64,000 nucleotides of DNA from Blastomonas sp. (GTDB lineage: Bacteria > Pseudomonadota > Alphaproteobacteria > Sphingomonadales > Sphingomonadaceae), in contig NZ_JBKBOG010000001.1 of assembly GCF_046294995.1 (NCBI RefSeq), forward strand, positions 740,582-804,581, given 5' to 3'. This document shows positions 54,341 to 63,988 of the stretch, piece by piece. Positions within the stretch are counted from its first letter, which is position 1; every line of letters starts with the position of its first letter. Below the pieces are notes generated by a model. It was not told where the DNA came from, did no database searches, and saw only the letters and a program-made list of their open reading frames with translations. Both the position numbers and the translations under genes were made by a program.

Positions 54341-57300
54341 ATGTCGCGCATATTCATTGAACGCCCGATCTTCGCATGGGTGCTGGCGATCATCACGATG
54401 CTCGGCGGGATCGGCGCGATCTATCTGCTGCCGATCGAGCAGTATCCCGATGTCGCTCCGCCACAGGTCAACATCCGGGCGACCTTCCCGGGGGCATCGG
54501 CGGAAACGCTGGAGAACAGCGTCACCCAGATCATCGAGCAGCAACTGACCGGGATCGACGGGTTGCTGTATTTCAATTCCAGCTCGAGCTCGCGCGGACA
54601 GGTTACGATCAGCGCGACGTTCGAGAAAGGCACTGACCCCGATATCGCGCAGGTGCAGGTGCAGAACCAGGTGCAGCAGGCGCTGGTGCGGTTGCCGCAA
54701 CAGGTACAGCAGCAGGGGCTTCGCGTCACCAAATCGAACCCCGACTTCCTGATGATCGTCGGGGTCTATGACGAGACCGACCGCAGCACCAATATCGACG
54801 TGTCCGATTTCTTGGTGACCAACCTGCAGGATACGCTGGCACGCATCGAGGGCGTCGGCGAAACCAACGTGTTCGGGTCGCAATATGCCATGCGGATATG
54901 GCTCGATCCTGATCGTCTGGCTTCGGTCGGATTGATGCCGGGCGACGTCGTCACCGCGATCCGCAACCAGAACACCGAGGTCGCAGCCGGCGAGGTCGGT
55001 GGCCTCCCGCAGCCCGAATCCAACCAGCTCAACGCAACGGTGACCTCGCAATCGCGGATGCGCACCGTCGAGGAATTCGAAGCGATCATCCTGAAGTCGG
55101 AACAGAGCGGTGCACTGGTGCGCCTCGCGGATGTGGCGCGGGTGGAGCTGGGCGCGGAAAACTATTCGGCATCCAGCCGCATCAACGGGCACCCTGGCGC
55201 AGGCCTGGCGGTGTCATCGGCACCGGGAGCCGACGCGCTGACCACCGCCGACCTGGTGAAAGAGGCCGTAAGACTTGCCGAACCCAGCTTTCCGCCCGGA
55301 TACAAGGTCGCCTATGCCAACGACACGACGGCGTTCATCCGTCTCTCCATCGACGAGGTCATCGGCACGCTGATCGAGGCGATCATCCTGGTGGTGATCG
55401 TCATGTTCGTGTTCCTGCACAGCTGGCGCGCCACGCTGATCCCGACCATCGCGGTCCCGGTGACCTTGCTTGGCACCTTCATCATCTTCTACATTTTCGA
55501 TTTCTCGATCAACACGCTGACCCTGTTCGGCTTGGTGCTGGCGATCGGCATCCTGGTCGACGACGCCATCGTGGTGGTCGAGAATGTCGAGCGGCTGATG
55601 GAAGAAAATCCGGAGATGACGCCCAAGGAAGCGACCGTCCAGTCGATGGGTGAAATCCAGGTCGCCTTGGTCGCGATTGCCATCGTGCTGTCGGCGGTGT
55701 TTTTGCCGATGGCCTTTTTCGGTGGCTCGACCGGGGTGATCTACCGGCAGTTTTCGGTGACGATGATCTCGGCCATGATCTTGTCGACCTTGGTGGCGCT
55801 GATCCTCAGCCCTGCCTTGACGGCGTCGCTGCTGCGCCAGAAGCATCACGCCGACGACCGGCCCAAAGGCTGGCTTGATCGAACCTTCCCCGCGGTGACC
55901 AACCGTCTCGACCGGGCCCAGCGGTGGTTCAACAACGGCTTTGCGCGCGGCACCGACCGTTATATCGGCGCGATCGAAAAGGTCGTCGACCGCAAGTGGC
56001 TGTTCCTGGCGATCTACGCAATCGTGCTGGTGCTGCTGGTGGCGATGTTCGTGCGTTTGCCGACCAGCTTTCTGCCGACCGAAGACCAGGGAGCGGCGCG
56101 GGTTCAGTTCCGGCTGCCGGCCGGGGCGACCCAGGGCCGCACCCGCGAGGTTCAGCTTGCGATCGAAAAATACATGCTCGAGAACGAGCGGGACAATATC
56201 GCGGTGATGTTCTCGGTCGCAGGCGGCGGGCAGGGCGCGGCAGGCCAGAACACCGGCCAGGGCTTCGTCAACTTCGTCGACTGGTCCGAGCGCAAGGGGT
56301 CGGAAAATTCTGCGGACGGCATCGTCGAGCGCGCCGGCAAGGCGTTCTCGCAGTTCCGCGATGCGCAGGTGAACGCTCTGGTGCCGGCTGCCATCCGCGG
56401 CCTGGGCCAGACCAACGGGTTCAGCCTGCAATTGCAGAACACGAGCGGCATGTCGCGCGAGGAGTTTATTGAAGCGCGCGACAAGCTGCTGCAACTCGCC
56501 GAGCAGGACTCGCTGTTGACGGCCGTCCGGCTGGGCGAACTGCCCGATGTCGCCACGCTGCAGTTGGACATCGATCAGCCCAAGCTGGCGGCGCTGGGGC
56601 TCAACCAGCTTGACGTCAACACCACGCTGTCGGCGGCGTGGGGCGGGCAGTATGTCAACGATTTCATCGATCGTGGCCGGGTCAAGCGGGTGTTCGTGCA
56701 GGGCGATGCGCCCTATCGCGCGACGCCGGATGATCTGAACAACTGGTTCGTGCGCGGCTCGGACGGCCAGATGGCGCCATTTTCGGCCTTTTCCCAGACA
56801 CGCTGGTCGACCACGCCGACCACGCTGTCGCGCTTTCAGGGTTATCCCAGCTTTCAGTTCGAAGGGCAGGCGGTTCCCGGCCAGAGCTCGGGCGCGGCGA
56901 TGGACCGGATCGAGGAGCTCGCGCAGCAGATCCCCGGGGTCAGCGTCGCCTGGTCGGGGCTCTCGTTCCAGGAGCGATTGTCATCGGGCCAGGCGCCGTT
57001 GCTGTATGGATTGTCGTTGTTGGTCGTGTTCCTCTGCCTTGCTGCGCTGTATGAAAGCTGGAGCGTTCCCGTGGCGGTGATGCTGATCATTCCGCTGGGG
57101 CTGGTCGGCGCGATCTTCGCGGTGACGCTGCGCGGGCTCGAGAACGATGTCTATCTGCAGATCGGACTGCTCACCACGATGGGCCTGGCGGCCAAGAACG
57201 CGATTTTGGTGATCGAATTTGCCGAGCGCGCCGAACGGCAGGGCGCGCGGGTCATCGATGCTGCTCTGGAGGCGGCGCGGCTGCGGTTGCGGCCGATCCT

Positions 57301-57532
57301 GATGACCAGCCTGGCGTTCATCTTCGGCGTGCTGCCGCTGGCGCTGTCGAGCGGGGCAGGGGCCAACAGCCGCATCGCGATCGGCACGTCGGTGATCGGC
57401 GGCATGCTGACCGCGACAGTGCTGGCGATCTTCTTCATTCCCTTGTTCTTCGTGCTGGTCCGCCGCACGACCCGCGATACGCTCAAGAAACTGCACTTCG
57501 GCGAAACTCCGGATGCGGAGGGCACGGCATGA
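54341..57532 (+). CDS. RND efflux permease (AcrB/MexB-like)
   Basis: 1063 aa. MSRIFIERPIFAWVLAI.. N-terminus, 12-TM architecture, conserved GLVLAIGILVDDAIVVVEN. Confidence 0.95.
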   Translation: MSRIFIERPIFAWVLAIITMLGGIGAIYLLPIEQYPDVAPPQVNIRATFPGASAETLENSVTQIIEQQLTGIDGLLYFNSSSSSRGQVTISATFEKGTDPDIAQVQVQNQVQQALVRLPQQVQQQGLRVTKSNPDFLMIVGVYDETDRSTNIDVSDFLVTNLQDTLARIEGVGETNVFGSQYAMRIWLDPDRLASVGLMPGDVVTAIRNQNTEVAAGEVGGLPQPESNQLNATVTSQSRMRTVEEFEAIILKSEQSGALVRLADVARVELGAENYSASSRINGHPGAGLAVSSAPGADALTTADLVKEAVRLAEPSFPPGYKVAYANDTTAFIRLSIDEVIGTLIEAIILVVIVMFVFLHSWRATLIPTIAVPVTLLGTFIIFYIFDFSINTLTLFGLVLAIGILVDDAIVVVENVERLMEENPEMTPKEATVQSMGEIQVALVAIAIVLSAVFLPMAFFGGSTGVIYRQFSVTMISAMILSTLVALILSPALTASLLRQKHHADDRPKGWLDRTFPAVTNRLDRAQRWFNNGFARGTDRYIGAIEKVVDRKWLFLAIYAIVLVLLVAMFVRLPTSFLPTEDQGAARVQFRLPAGATQGRTREVQLAIEKYMLENERDNIAVMFSVAGGGQGAAGQNTGQGFVNFVDWSERKGSENSADGIVERAGKAFSQFRDAQVNALVPAAIRGLGQTNGFSLQLQNTSGMSREEFIEARDKLLQLAEQDSLLTAVRLGELPDVATLQLDIDQPKLAALGLNQLDVNTTLSAAWGGQYVNDFIDRGRVKRVFVQGDAPYRATPDDLNNWFVRGSDGQMAPFSAFSQTRWSTTPTTLSRFQGYPSFQFEGQAVPGQSSGAAMDRIEELAQQIPGVSVAWSGLSFQERLSSGQAPLLYGLSLLVVFLCLAALYESWSVPVAVMLIIPLGLVGAIFAVTLRGLENDVYLQIGLLTTMGLAAKNAILVIEFAERAERQGARVIDAALEAARLRLRPILMTSLAFIFGVLPLALSSGAGANSRIAIGTSVIGGMLTATVLAIFFIPLFFVLVRRTTRDTLKKLHFGETPDAEGTA

Positions 57533-58965
57533 GATATTCCGCGCTGATCGCGATCGCGCTGCTGTCGGGCTGTTCGATGGCCCCCAAATATGTCCAGCCC
57601 GAGCTGCCGGTGCCGCAATCCTGGCCCGTCGGCGATGCGTATCTGGCGCAGAGCGAGGCTGCGCTGCCGGTCCTCTCGTACCGTGATGTGTTCATCGACC
57701 CACGGTTGGGACAGGTGATCGACCAGGGGCTCGCCAACAACCGCGACCTTCGCATCGCTGCGGCCAACATCGCAGCCGTCCGCGCGCAGTATCGCATCCA
57801 GCGCGCGAACCAGCTGCCCCAGATCGGCCTTGGCGCTGGCGCCACCCGATTCGACAACGGCACCGCCAACCAGAACCGCAACCAGGATGTCGATATCGGC
57901 AACACCCCGACGGCCAGCCGCTCTGCGGCAGGAACCCGCTACACGGCCGATGTCGGAGTCACCGCCTTCGAGATCGACCTTTTCGGGCGGTTGCAATCCC
58001 TGTCCGATGCGGCGCTCAACCGTTATTTCGGCACCGAAGCTGCGGCGCGCGCGACCCGGCTGACGCTGATCGGCGACATCGCCGATGCGTGGCTGACCTA
58101 TGCCGCCGACCGGTCTTTGCTGACGTTGGCGCAGGACACCGCGGCGAATGCGCGCGAGCGGGTGAAGCTCACCCGTTTGCGGCTCGATGGCGGGATTGCA
58201 CCGCGTACCGACCTGCTGCAGGCCGAGCAGATTCTGGCGACGGCAGAGGCCGATATCGCGCTGCAGACGACCGCAGTGGCACAGGATGTCAATGCGTTGC
58301 AGCTGCTGGTGGGCGCGCCGGTCGACGAGGCTTTGCTGCCCCGATCGATCGCCGATGCTGGTGATGCTGTGAGGGTTCTGCCCGCCGGGCTGGATTCGAC
58401 GATCCTGCTGCGGCGGCCCGATGTGATGCAGGCCGAGTTCGATCTGCGCGCTGCCAATGCCGAGATCGGCGCAGCGCGCGCGGCATTGTTCCCGCGCATC
58501 TCGCTCACCGGGCTGGCTGGGCTGGCGAGCAATGCGCTGGCGACCCTGTTCACCGGCGCGGCGTTCAATTATTCGGCGGGAGCGAACGTCAATTACGCGC
58601 TGTTCGCCGGCGGCGCGGCCCAGGCGGGGGTGGCTCAGACCCAGGCGCAGCGCGATGCCGCTGTCGCCGCCTATGAACGCGCGATCCAGGCGGCCTTTCG
58701 CGATGTCGCGGACGGGCTGGCGCGCCGCGGCACCATCTCCGAACAGCTGCGCGCCAATCGTGCTTTTGTCGACGCGGCCGAAGACAACTACCAGCTGACC
58801 GATCTGCGCTATCGCGGCGGGCTGGACTCGTTCCTCACCAGCCTTGATGCGCAACGCTCGCTCTATACTGCCCAGCGGACGCTGCTGAGCACGCAGCTGG
58901 TCGAGGCGAGCAACCGGGTGACGCTATACCGCGCTTTGGGCGGCGAGGCTGTTACCCCGCAATAG
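57529..58965 (+). CDS. Efflux outer-membrane factor lipoprotein (NodT/OprM family)
   Basis: Lipobox LLSGCS. Duplicated OEP repeats with RPD(V)..AE..L.AA...IG.A.A..FP. Overlaps the permease stop by 4 nt. Confidence 0.9.
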   Translation: MRYSALIAIALLSGCSMAPKYVQPELPVPQSWPVGDAYLAQSEAALPVLSYRDVFIDPRLGQVIDQGLANNRDLRIAAANIAAVRAQYRIQRANQLPQIGLGAGATRFDNGTANQNRNQDVDIGNTPTASRSAAGTRYTADVGVTAFEIDLFGRLQSLSDAALNRYFGTEAAARATRLTLIGDIADAWLTYAADRSLLTLAQDTAANARERVKLTRLRLDGGIAPRTDLLQAEQILATAEADIALQTTAVAQDVNALQLLVGAPVDEALLPRSIADAGDAVRVLPAGLDSTILLRRPDVMQAEFDLRAANAEIGAARAALFPRISLTGLAGLASNALATLFTGAAFNYSAGANVNYALFAGGAAQAGVAQTQAQRDAAVAAYERAIQAAFRDVADGLARRGTISEQLRANRAFVDAAEDNYQLTDLRYRGGLDSFLTSLDAQRSLYTAQRTLLSTQLVEASNRVTLYRALGGEAVTPQ

Positions 58966-58999
58966 GCTGTTTTCTGGCCGTAATCGGCCATGGCGCACA

Positions 59000-59134
59000 A
59001 CGTCCCTCGACTTCGCTCGGGAACACGGGAAGTGGGTGCGGCCTCGCGTTATGGTCAATGCAACAACCGGCATGACAGGCAAAATGCTGTTTCGCTTCCC
59101 CTGACCGCCTGTCCCGAGCGAAGTCGAGGGACGT
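59000..59134. mobile_element. 135-bp MITE-like element with perfect 23-bp terminal inverted repeats
   Basis: acgtccctcgacttcgctcggga (59000-59022) is the exact reverse complement of tcccgagcgaagtcgagggacgt (59112-59134). Non-coding and intergenic. Confidence 0.6.
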
Positions 59135-59153
59135 ATGCACCAAGGTCAAGCCA

Positions 59154-59232
59154 GCATCCCGCGAAAGCTGGAATCCAGGGCGTTAGCAGCGCTACCCCGC
59201 CCCTGGACTCCGGCTTTCGCCGGAGAACGGGG
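59154..59232. repeat. Family C-like palindromic repeats
   Basis: gcatcccgcgaaagctggaatccaggg and ccccgcccctggactccggctttcgccggagaacgggg (hairpin ctccggc-tttc-gccggag), related in style to 5903-5985. Confidence 0.4.
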
Positions 59233-59252
59233 TAATGAAAATGGCTTAAGTA

Positions 59253-61289
59253 TTAGCCCTTGGGGCGTTTTGCGCCGGGCTTGCCGCCGGGGCGACTGTC
59301 ACCGCGCGGGCCATAGGGCTTGCCGCCGCCAGGGCCACCCGAACGCGGACCGTCGCTGCGCGGGCCGCGGGGCTTGTCGGCAAACGATGCACGGTCGGCA
59401 GTGGTCTTCTTGTCACCATAAGGCTTTTTGTCGCCGAACGGTTTGCGATCGCCAAACGGCTTCTTGTCACCGAAGGCGCGTGGCTCGCCATAAGGCTTGC
59501 GGTCACCCGAAGGCTTCTTGTCGCCAAACGGCTTCTTGTCACCGAACGGCTTTTTGTCGCCGAACGCCTTGGCTTCATAACGCGGCTTGAGCGGGCCGGA
59601 GTTGCCCTTGCCCTTGTAGCCCGATCCCGATCCGCTGCGGCCTTCAGGACGGCGCGACGGACCCGAGCGATTGTGGCCCGGGGGCGGGCCTTCGGCGCGG
59701 GCGATCACGAGGCTGCCCTCGTCGCCATCATCGCCGCCTGCGGTGCGTTCGACCGCTTCGGAAAAGCGCTCGGCCACGGCGCGGGGTACTTCAAAATGGC
59801 TGATCTCATCGCCCAGCCGGATCGCACCGATCTCGCTGCGGGTGATGTGGCCGCGACGACACAGCAAAGGCAGCAGCCAGCGCGGATCAGCATTCTGGCG
59901 GCGGCCGATGTTCATCGTGAACCACACCGTGTCTTCGAACCCGGCGCGCGGGCCGGTCTCGCGCGGCGGCGGCGATGCGTCGGCATCGAGCAGCTCTTCG
60001 GGCAAGGGCATCTGCGCGCGGTGCGCCTGCACCAGCATGATCGCGATGTCTTCTGCGGTGCGTTCGCCGAGCAGCTTTTCGGCCAGGGTGCGATCGGCCT
60101 CGTCAGCCTCGACCGGTGCGCGCAATTTGTCGAGCAGGCGGTCGTGATCGGCGCGGCGAATGTCATCTGCCGATGGGGCGTTGATCCACTGCGCGTTGAT
60201 GTTCGCTCCGCGCAGCATCGATTCGAGGCGACGGCGACGCGGATAGGGCACGATCATCAGCGCGGTGCCCTTCTTGCCGGCACGACCGGTACGGCCCGAA
60301 CGGTGCTTGAGCGTGTCCATGTCGCGCGGCAGCTCGACGTGGATCACCAGCGACAGGCTGGGCAGATCGATGCCGCGCGCGGCGACATCGGTGGCGACGC
60401 AGACGCGGGCACGGCGGTCGCGCAAGGCCTGCAAGGCCGAGTTTCGCTCGGACTGGCTGTGCTCACCCGACAGCGCGACGGCGGAGAAGCCGCGCTCGAT
60501 CAGGCTGGCATGCAGATGGCGGACGTTGTCGCGCGTCGCGCAGAACAGCATTGCGGTCTCGGCTTCATGCAGACGCAGCAGGTTGACCACCGAGTTCTCG
60601 ATATCGGCAGGCGCTACGGTCACAGCGAGATATTCGATATCGCCATGGCCGCGATCAGCGCCCACGGTCGAGATGCGGTGCGCATCGCGCTGATAGCGCT
60701 TGGCCAAGGCCACGATCGGCTGGGGCATGGTGGCCGAAAACAGCATCGTGCGGCGGCCATCGGGGGTTGCGTCGAGGATTTCCTCGAGATCTTCGCGGAA
60801 GCCCATATCGAGCATCTCGTCGGCTTCATCGAGCACCGCGACCTTGAGGCCCGAAAGGTCGAGCGCGCCGCGTTCGAGGTGGTCGCGCAAACGTCCCGGC
60901 GTGCCGACGACGATCTGCGCGCCCTGCGACAGCGTGCGGCGTTCCTTCGATGCGTCCATGCCGCCGACGCAGGTGGCGATGCGCGCGCCTGCGGGGCCAT
61001 AGAGCCAGATGAATTCGCGGCTGACCTGCAGCGCGAGTTCGCGGGTCGGCGCGATGATCAGCGTTTGCGGGGTGTGGCTCGGCGCGATCCGGCCGTCTTC
61101 GCCGATCAGGTCGCTCGCCATCGCGAGGCCGAAGGCAACGGTCTTGCCCGATCCGGTCTGGGCGGAGACGATCAGATCCCGGCCGAGCGCGTCAGGGGCG
61201 ATCACGGCCTGCTGCACGGGAGTCAGCGTGTCATAGCCGTGCGCGTCGAGCGCGTCCGACAGGATTGCGGGGACAGTATCAAATGGCAT
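59253..61289 (-). CDS. DEAD-box ATP-dependent RNA helicase with DbpA-like RNA-binding domain and repetitive basic tail
   Basis: Q motif, AQTGSGKT (I), PTRELA (Ia), DEAD (LDEADEMLDMGF), SAT, HRSGRTGRAG (VI). The C-terminus is Gly/Lys/Pro-rich. Confidence 0.93.
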   Translation of the reverse strand: MPFDTVPAILSDALDAHGYDTLTPVQQAVIAPDALGRDLIVSAQTGSGKTVAFGLAMASDLIGEDGRIAPSHTPQTLIIAPTRELALQVSREFIWLYGPAGARIATCVGGMDASKERRTLSQGAQIVVGTPGRLRDHLERGALDLSGLKVAVLDEADEMLDMGFREDLEEILDATPDGRRTMLFSATMPQPIVALAKRYQRDAHRISTVGADRGHGDIEYLAVTVAPADIENSVVNLLRLHEAETAMLFCATRDNVRHLHASLIERGFSAVALSGEHSQSERNSALQALRDRRARVCVATDVAARGIDLPSLSLVIHVELPRDMDTLKHRSGRTGRAGKKGTALMIVPYPRRRRLESMLRGANINAQWINAPSADDIRRADHDRLLDKLRAPVEADEADRTLAEKLLGERTAEDIAIMLVQAHRAQMPLPEELLDADASPPPRETGPRAGFEDTVWFTMNIGRRQNADPRWLLPLLCRRGHITRSEIGAIRLGDEISHFEVPRAVAERFSEAVERTAGGDDGDEGSLVIARAEGPPPGHNRSGPSRRPEGRSGSGSGYKGKGNSGPLKPRYEAKAFGDKKPFGDKKPFGDKKPSGDRKPYGEPRAFGDKKPFGDRKPFGDKKPYGDKKTTADRASFADKPRGPRSDGPRSGGPGGGKPYGPRGDSRPGGKPGAKRPKG
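59406..59564 (-). repeat. Coding 18-bp tandem repeat (9 units of the hexapeptide [FY]GD[KR]KP)
   Basis: FGDKKP FGDKKP FGDKKP SGDRKP YGEPRA FGDKKP FGDRKP FGDKKP YGDKK, read from the helicase ORF. Confidence 0.85.
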
Positions 61290-61487
61290 GGTGTATCAAT
61301 TCGTCTTGAAGATGCGAAGGCTCCGCATCTTCAGGCGAAACCGCGCGCGACACAAAAACGGGCGTCGCTGCAAGCGGTTGCGCGTAGCTGAATTTGTGCA
61401 GTTGCACAATGATAATCGGACTGGGATAATCGGACTGGGATAATCGGAACGCGCACCCACGGACATGCCCGCGGATGCCGTCAGGCG

Positions 61488-62033
61488 CTATCGCCGCGCA
61501 GGCAGCATCCGCAAGAGGAGATGATCCTTGAGCCAGTAGTGGTGAAAGATCGCTGCAGCCGCATGTGCCAGGATCAGCCAGAACACGATATCGCCGCCCA
61601 AAACGTGTGCCCATTCGATCTGTTGGGCCAGCACCGGGTTTTTGGCGATCAGCGCGGGGAGGCTGAGGCCATAGAACGGGATCGCATCGCCTTCGGCGCT
61701 GAGCAGTGCCCATCCCGCCAGCGGCATGCAGATCATCAGCGCGTACAGCGCAAGATGGACCAGTTTTGCAGGCCCCGTCCGCCAGGCTGGGCCAACCTGC
61801 GGCGCCGGCGATGATGTAAACACCCTGGCGCCAATCCGGACCCAGACCAGGGCAAACACCGTCAGACCCAAAGTGAAATGCCATGATTTGAACCAGTTGC
61901 GGGTGTCACTGCCCTTTGGGTAGTATTCCCTGAGCTCCATCGCCGCAAACACCCCGACGATCACCAGCAGCATCAGCCAGTGCAGGGCAATGGATATCCC
62001 GGCGTAGCGGGCGGTGTCCGATCTAGGTGTCAT
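61488..62033 (-). CDS. Cytochrome b561 family protein
   Basis: YAGISIALHWLMLLVIV.., four TM helices with conserved His residues (HW.., ..H.., ..H..ALY.., ..LH). The ATG at 62033 follows gaggag. Confidence 0.8.
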   Translation of the reverse strand: MTPRSDTARYAGISIALHWLMLLVIVGVFAAMELREYYPKGSDTRNWFKSWHFTLGLTVFALVWVRIGARVFTSSPAPQVGPAWRTGPAKLVHLALYALMICMPLAGWALLSAEGDAIPFYGLSLPALIAKNPVLAQQIEWAHVLGGDIVFWLILAHAAAAIFHHYWLKDHLLLRMLPARR

Positions 62034-62280
62034 GGCTTGCTCCTCTATGTCCCGGCGTAGGCTGCCGCCGCGTGCAGCGCCATGATCGAGATCAAACATA
62101 GAAATTTGCGCCAACGACGCCGCGTTTGGCGGCGCGTCCCAATTTTGCGACTCTGCGGCGTTCGCCCGCAGATTCGTTTGACCGGTGCCGGGCACGCTGC
62201 CACGCTTCCATCCAGTGGGTCGCACGTTGCAAAGACTGCGGGCGAAGGCTTGCCAGTCCTATTTGATCAAGGACATATCG

Positions 62281-62667
62281 ATGACTTTCTCTTCAAGCAT
62301 TTCCAAGGGGCTGCTCGCCATCGGGCTGTGTCTGACGCCTGTCGCGGCAAGCGCGCAGAATGTCGGCGACTGGGTGCTCTCGCCCTATCAGGGCAGCAGC
62401 ATGCTGTTTCCCGGCGTGGTGGAATCGCGCAGCGGACCCAACATCACCATCCGCTTCGATGACGGCGATGTCGAAACCCGTCCGGCCAGCACCGTGCGCC
62501 TGTACAACTGGAAGGCGGGCAGCAAGGTCAGTTGCTTGTGGACCGACGGCAACTGGTACCATGCGACGATCCTGTCTGCCGGTGCCGACGGCTATTCGCT
62601 GCGCGTTCGCTATGATGACGATGGCGTGGTGCAGAACACCAAGACCGGGCGCTGCCGCACGCGGTGA
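62281..62667 (+). CDS. Small secreted protein with two Tudor/Agenet-like (SH3-fold) repeats
   Basis: Signal peptide MTFSSSISKGLLAIGLCLTPVAASA, then two W....G.(W)Y.(G/A).I......(Y/I).(I/V)R(F/Y)DDG units. Confidence 0.45.
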   Translation: MTFSSSISKGLLAIGLCLTPVAASAQNVGDWVLSPYQGSSMLFPGVVESRSGPNITIRFDDGDVETRPASTVRLYNWKAGSKVSCLWTDGNWYHATILSAGADGYSLRVRYDDDGVVQNTKTGRCRTR

Positions 62668-62692
62668 CAAAAGTGCAGCCGGGCAGCGCGCG

Positions 62693-63874
62693 CTATAGCG
62701 CCAGTCCGGCAGCATGGCCGCTCGCCCACGCCCATTGGAAATTGTAGCCGCCCAGCCAGCCGGTGACATCGACGGCCTCGCCGATTGCATAGAGGCCGGG
62801 TACCTTGCGCGCCTCCATCGTCTGCGATGACAGGCCATCGGTGCTGATCCCGCCTGCGGTCACCTCGGCCTTGGCATAGCCTTCGGTGCCATTGGGGTGG
62901 AAATCCCAAGCGCCGAGGCGGCGTTCGGCTTCGGCCAAAATCTTGTCGCCCTGGTCGGCGAGGCGCTTGTCACCTTCCAAGCGTTCCGCCAGCGTTGCTG
63001 CCAGCCGGTCGGGCAACAATCCCGCCAGCGTGCTGCGCAGGGTGGCGCGTGGCTGGCTGCGCTTGGCAGCGGTGAGCCAGCCTGCAGCCGTATCGGGCAG
63101 AAAGTTGACCGCGACCGGATCGCCGTGCCGCCAATAGCTCGAGATCTGCAGGATTGCAGGCCCCGAAAGGCCCTTGTGGGTGAACAGAGCCGCCTCGCGA
63201 AACGCGGTCTTGCCTGCACGGACGATGACATCGGTAGCGACCCCCGACAGCGAGCGGAACAATGTCTCCTCGCCGCCCAGCGTCAGCGGGACCAGCGCGG
63301 GGCGGGGCTCGACAACCTTGAGACCGAATTGGCGGGCGAGATCATAGGCAAATCCGGTGGCACCCATCTTGGGGATCGAAGGTCCGCCGGTGGCGATCAC
63401 CAACGCCGGGGCGGATGCAGTCTTCGAGCCGTAAGTGACGGTGTAGGTGCCATCGGCGTGCGCAACATCAGCAATCGGCTGGCCCAAGGCGATCTGGACA
63501 CCGCCCTTGGCGCATTCCTCTTCCAGCATCGCGACGATCTGCCTGGCCGAGCCATCGCAGAACAGCTGCCCCAGCGTCTTCTCGTGCCAGGCGATGCCGT
63601 ACGCATCGACCAACGCGATGAAATCCTGTGGGCTGTAGCGGCCCAGCGCGGACTTGGCGAAGTGGGGGTTGGCCGAGATATAGCGGTCGGGCTGGGTATC
63701 CACGTTGGTGAAATTGCACCGCCCGCCGCCCGAGATCAGGATCTTCTTGCCGACCGCATCGGCGTGATCGATCAGCAGCACGGTCTTGCCGCGCTGCCCG
63801 GCGATCGCGGCGCAGTACAGGCCCGCAGCACCAGCGCCGAGGATGATCGCGTCGTATGAGGTTGGGGAGACCAT
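62693..63874 (-). CDS. HI0933/YhiN-family NAD(P)/FAD-dependent flavoprotein
   Basis: YDAIILGAGAAGL dinucleotide fold, ISGGGRCNFTN, and C-terminal DVTGWLGGYNFQWAWASG typical of this family. Confidence 0.85.
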   Translation of the reverse strand: MVSPTSYDAIILGAGAAGLYCAAIAGQRGKTVLLIDHADAVGKKILISGGGRCNFTNVDTQPDRYISANPHFAKSALGRYSPQDFIALVDAYGIAWHEKTLGQLFCDGSARQIVAMLEEECAKGGVQIALGQPIADVAHADGTYTVTYGSKTASAPALVIATGGPSIPKMGATGFAYDLARQFGLKVVEPRPALVPLTLGGEETLFRSLSGVATDVIVRAGKTAFREAALFTHKGLSGPAILQISSYWRHGDPVAVNFLPDTAAGWLTAAKRSQPRATLRSTLAGLLPDRLAATLAERLEGDKRLADQGDKILAEAERRLGAWDFHPNGTEGYAKAEVTAGGISTDGLSSQTMEARKVPGLYAIGEAVDVTGWLGGYNFQWAWASGHAAGLAL

Positions 63875-63930
63875 GGCGCGGGTCTATGGCGGATGTGCAG
63901 GGAAACGCCAAGCCGGATTGGGTGTCACTC

Positions 63931-63988
63931 AAATCCTCCCCGAGCTTGTCTCGGGGAGGTGGCAGCGCGCCAGCGCTGACGGAGGGGC
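63931..63988 (+). repeat. Palindromic repeat family A, intergenic copy
   Basis: aaatcctccccgagcttgtctcggggaggtggcagcgcgccagcgctgacggaggggc, the same architecture as the glyS-internal copies. Confidence 0.8.

Noticed and set aside
59406-59564. Regular 18-bp periodic repeats as a possible CRISPR or minisatellite array
   Set aside because: The period is far too short for CRISPR, there are no spacers, and the repeat is in frame inside the helicase ORF. It is a coding tandem repeat. No CRISPR-like array was seen anywhere in the window.
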